Positions 62,028 through 64,000 of a DNA stretch of 64,000 nt are shown piece by piece. The first letter of the stretch is position 1. Every line of letters starts with the position of its first letter. Source of the DNA: Mycobacteriales bacterium (GTDB lineage: Bacteria; Actinomycetota; Actinomycetes; JAFAQI01); contig DASSEX010000028.1 of the NCBI GenBank assembly GCA_035695045.1, positions 27,504 through 91,503 of the forward strand, in the 5' to 3' direction. Under the pieces are notes generated by a model. The model did no database searches. It was given only the letters and a program-made list of their open reading frames with translations, and was not told the origin of the DNA. The position numbers were made by a program, and so were the translations under genes.

Positions 62028-62831
62028 GTGAGCGCCGTCATCTACGCCGCGATCGTCGTGATGTGGGCCGTGGTCCTGGTGCCGATGTGGTTGCGCCGGC
62101 ACGACGCGGCGACCGAGTCACGGTCGGTCGAGCGCTTCTCGACCGCGATGCGCACGCTGTCGCGCCGCACTCACGCGACTCCAGGTCGGCGTTACGTCGT
62201 CATGCCGCGACGTCAGGCCGGCACGGTGTCCGTCCACGTGACCGGTGCGGCGGTGGCCGCGAGCGGTTCCGCTCGTCCGAGCCGCCCGGCGGCGTCGAAC
62301 GCGCGCGTGACGATGGTCCGCCGTCGGCGGCGCACCACATTCGCGCTCCTCGGCCTGGTGACCCTGACCGCGTTGCTCGCGGTCGCGGGCGCCTTCCCGT
62401 GGCTTCTGCAGGTCGTCTTCGACCTGCTGCTCGTCGCTTTCCTGGCGCACCTGCGGACGCAGGCCCGACGCGCTGCAGCCGTGGCCCGTCCCCGTCGCCA
62501 GGCCCCGGTTGCAGCCGCTGCACCTGCCCGGCCGGTCCGCCGCGCGCCGGCCGCCCCGGTTGCCGAGCCTGCGCTTGTCGCGCCCGCAGCCGACGTGTCC
62601 TGGACCGAGGAGCTGCGCGCGGGTTCGGGGTTCGCCGTCGAGGTCGAGGTCGAGGACACCTGGCAGCCGGTTCCCGTGCCGCCGCCGACCTACACGCTCA
62701 AGCCGCCGGCTCCGGCGCCCGCTTCGGCGGCGTACGACGCGGCCGGCACCGAGGCGACGCAGCGGGTCTCCGACGAGGCGCCGACCGAGCTCGACGAGAT
62801 CCTCGAGCGGCGCTGGGCCGTCAACGACTGA
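62028..62831 (+). CDS. SepX/GlpR-like membrane protein (putative divisome-associated)
   Basis: GTG follows GGAGGAG. N-terminal TM helix IYAAIVVMWAVVLVPMWLRRHD, a second TM helix and an Ala/Pro-rich tail. Its position directly after rimJ is as I recall it in other actinobacteria. The family call is from memory. Confidence 0.5.
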   Translation: MSAVIYAAIVVMWAVVLVPMWLRRHDAATESRSVERFSTAMRTLSRRTHATPGRRYVVMPRRQAGTVSVHVTGAAVAASGSARPSRPAASNARVTMVRRRRRTTFALLGLVTLTALLAVAGAFPWLLQVVFDLLLVAFLAHLRTQARRAAAVARPRRQAPVAAAAPARPVRRAPAAPVAEPALVAPAADVSWTEELRAGSGFAVEVEVEDTWQPVPVPPPTYTLKPPAPAPASAAYDAAGTEATQRVSDEAPTELDEILERRWAVND

Positions 62832-62872
62832 GCCTCCGCCCGCGGCAATCGGCTAGGCTGGTCCGCGCACTT

Positions 62873-62948
62873 GGGGCTGTAGCGCAGTTGGTAGCGCGCT
62901 TCGTTCGCATCGAAGAGGTCCGGGGTTCGACTCCCCGCAGCTCCACCA
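62873..62948 (+). tRNA. tRNA-Ala (anticodon CGC), CCA encoded
   Basis: Sequence is GGGGCTGTAGCGCAGTTGGTAGCGCGCTTCGTTCGCATCGAAGAGGTCCGGGGTTCGACTCCCCGCAGCTCCACCA. It has the G3:U70 identity pair, anticodon loop TTCGCAT and T-loop GGTTCGA. Confidence 0.9.
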
Positions 62949-63047
62949 CATGCCGGGCGGATTCGGACGCCTCTCAGCGATCCTTCATCTAAGCCGCCGT
63001 ACATTGACCTCTCGCTGACCCGCGGGAGCGCGTTCTTGCACACCCAT

Positions 63048-64000
63048 GTGACCTCGCATGCGGTCAGCGGTTTCCGGCGAGCACGCACGTGGTGCCGGGC
63101 CCACCTCTTGTTCGTTTCGCTCGCGGGGTTGGGCCTCGTCCTGCGGATGCTGTGCGAGTTCGCGTACTACCCGGCTGTCCATTTCCCCGATACGGCGGCC
63201 TATCTGCGTGCAGGCGCACACCTGACGCCTCCCCTGTGGCACCCGATCGGTTACTCGTTGCTCGTCGACCTGGTCGGAAGGTCGACTCCTTTGATCACCG
63301 GTGTGCAGCACCTCGTCGGCATCGCGATGGCACTGCTGCTCGTCGTCCTGCTGGAGCACACCGGACTGTCGCGGAGGATGAGCGCGCTCGCGGTGGTGCC
63401 GATCCTGCTCGATCCGATGCAGATCTACCTCGAGCAGTTCGTGCTGAGCGACGTCGTGTTCACCTTCCTGGTCGTATGCGCGATCGTTCTCTCCTTCCGG
63501 GCGCGACTGACCGAGCGGACGGCAGCGGCGGTTGGCCTGCTGATCGCTCTGGCGACACTGGTCCGGACGCTCGCGCTCCTTCTCGCCGTGCCGCTCGCTG
63601 CTGTGTGGGTGTGGCGGCGGGTCGGCTGGCGACGGATCGCGGCCGGCGCAGCATTCGTCGCGGTCCCGCTGCTCGCGTACGCCGGACTGTTCGAAGCAGC
63701 GAACGGTTCGTTCGCGCTTCAGGGCTATACGGGCCGCTGGCTCTACGGGCGGGTCGCGCCCATCGCCGAGTGCTCGCGCCTTCACCTCAGTCCGCCGCAG
63801 CGCGTATGGTGCCCGGCCTTCTCGCCGGAGCAGCGTGTGGGACCCAGCCAGTTCGTCTGGGACCCGACGCTCAACTTCTATGGCCCCGGCCTGCCCACGT
63901 ACGCGTTGCGCAGGAGCCAGAGCGCCGGTGTCTTCGCCCGCGACGTGATCCTGCATCAGCCGACGCGCTACGCGGGAGCCGTGTTGCACGATGTGGGAAC
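63048..64000 (+). CDS. polytopic membrane protein (possibly a GT-C / ArnT-PMT-like glycosyltransferase), 3'-truncated by the window edge
   Basis: An open frame from GTG at 63048 (or TTG at 63036) runs to the window end with strong G/C third-position bias. It translates to VTSHAVSGFRRARTWCRAHLLFVSLAGLGLVLRMLCEFAYYPAVHFPDTAAYL...LVRTLALLLAVPLAAVWVWRR.... It is absent from the ORF track because no stop lies in the window. Confidence 0.6.
   Translation, partial: MTSHAVSGFRRARTWCRAHLLFVSLAGLGLVLRMLCEFAYYPAVHFPDTAAYLRAGAHLTPPLWHPIGYSLLVDLVGRSTPLITGVQHLVGIAMALLLVVLLEHTGLSRRMSALAVVPILLDPMQIYLEQFVLSDVVFTFLVVCAIVLSFRARLTERTAAAVGLLIALATLVRTLALLLAVPLAAVWVWRRVGWRRIAAGAAFVAVPLLAYAGLFEAANGSFALQGYTGRWLYGRVAPIAECSRLHLSPPQRVWCPAFSPEQRVGPSQFVWDPTLNFYGPGLPTYALRRSQSAGVFARDVILHQPTRYAGAVLHDVG

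Noticed and set aside
62985-63989. 334-aa minus-strand ORF after tRNA-Ala
   Set aside because: It is an Arg/Glu/Asp-rich antisense shadow of the open-ended plus-strand membrane protein frame, which has TM helices and proper GC3 bias.

Overview
This is a high-GC (about 70% by eye) Actinomycetota chromosomal segment that is densely coding. I count roughly 75 CDS and 2 tRNAs (Arg-CCT, Ala-CGC). I saw no rRNA, CRISPR array, transposase or integrase. Many adjacent genes overlap by 4 nt (ATGA/GTGA), which defines clear operons. The ORF track is full of long Arg/Ala/Pro-rich antisense ORFs that I rejected. It also misses two edge-truncated genes and one 46-codon gene. Both flanks carry conserved actinobacterial housekeeping synteny. 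On the left are serC, citA, pdxH and gltA. On the right are mscL, an FmdB-like gene, 5-formyl-THF cyclo-ligase, galU, moeA-moaC-moaB, rimJ, a SepX/GlpR-like gene and tRNA-Ala. The interior holds six modules. (1) An exported copper-protein cluster at 5862-13971: copD-copC, a large secreted protein with a PHM/DBH-like copper monooxygenase histidine/methionine pattern fused to a cupredoxin, a Tat-exported amidohydrolase-like protein, a small secreted protein, and a PQQ-type beta-propeller fused to a second cupredoxin. (2) A UdgX-type uracil-DNA glycosylase carrying the KRRIH loop. (3) An ECF sigma/RskA-like anti-sigma pair next to an internally duplicated lipoprotein and a third cupredoxin, which is a lipoprotein. 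(4) A group 3b-type [NiFe] hydrogenase operon with an embedded cyclic-nucleotide-binding protein, a maturation protease, hypC and two unusual tail genes. (5) Lipid and redox genes: glpD/TetR/FAD-oxidase, fadE/TetR, and a PAP2-DAGK fusion. (6) A phosphate module: DUF47-pit, pstSCAB, phoU and senX3-regX3, with recognisable 11-nt-periodic PHO boxes. The copper cluster is the best candidate for an undescribed system. My functional reading of it rests on motif patterns, not on searches, and needs HMM or structure confirmation.
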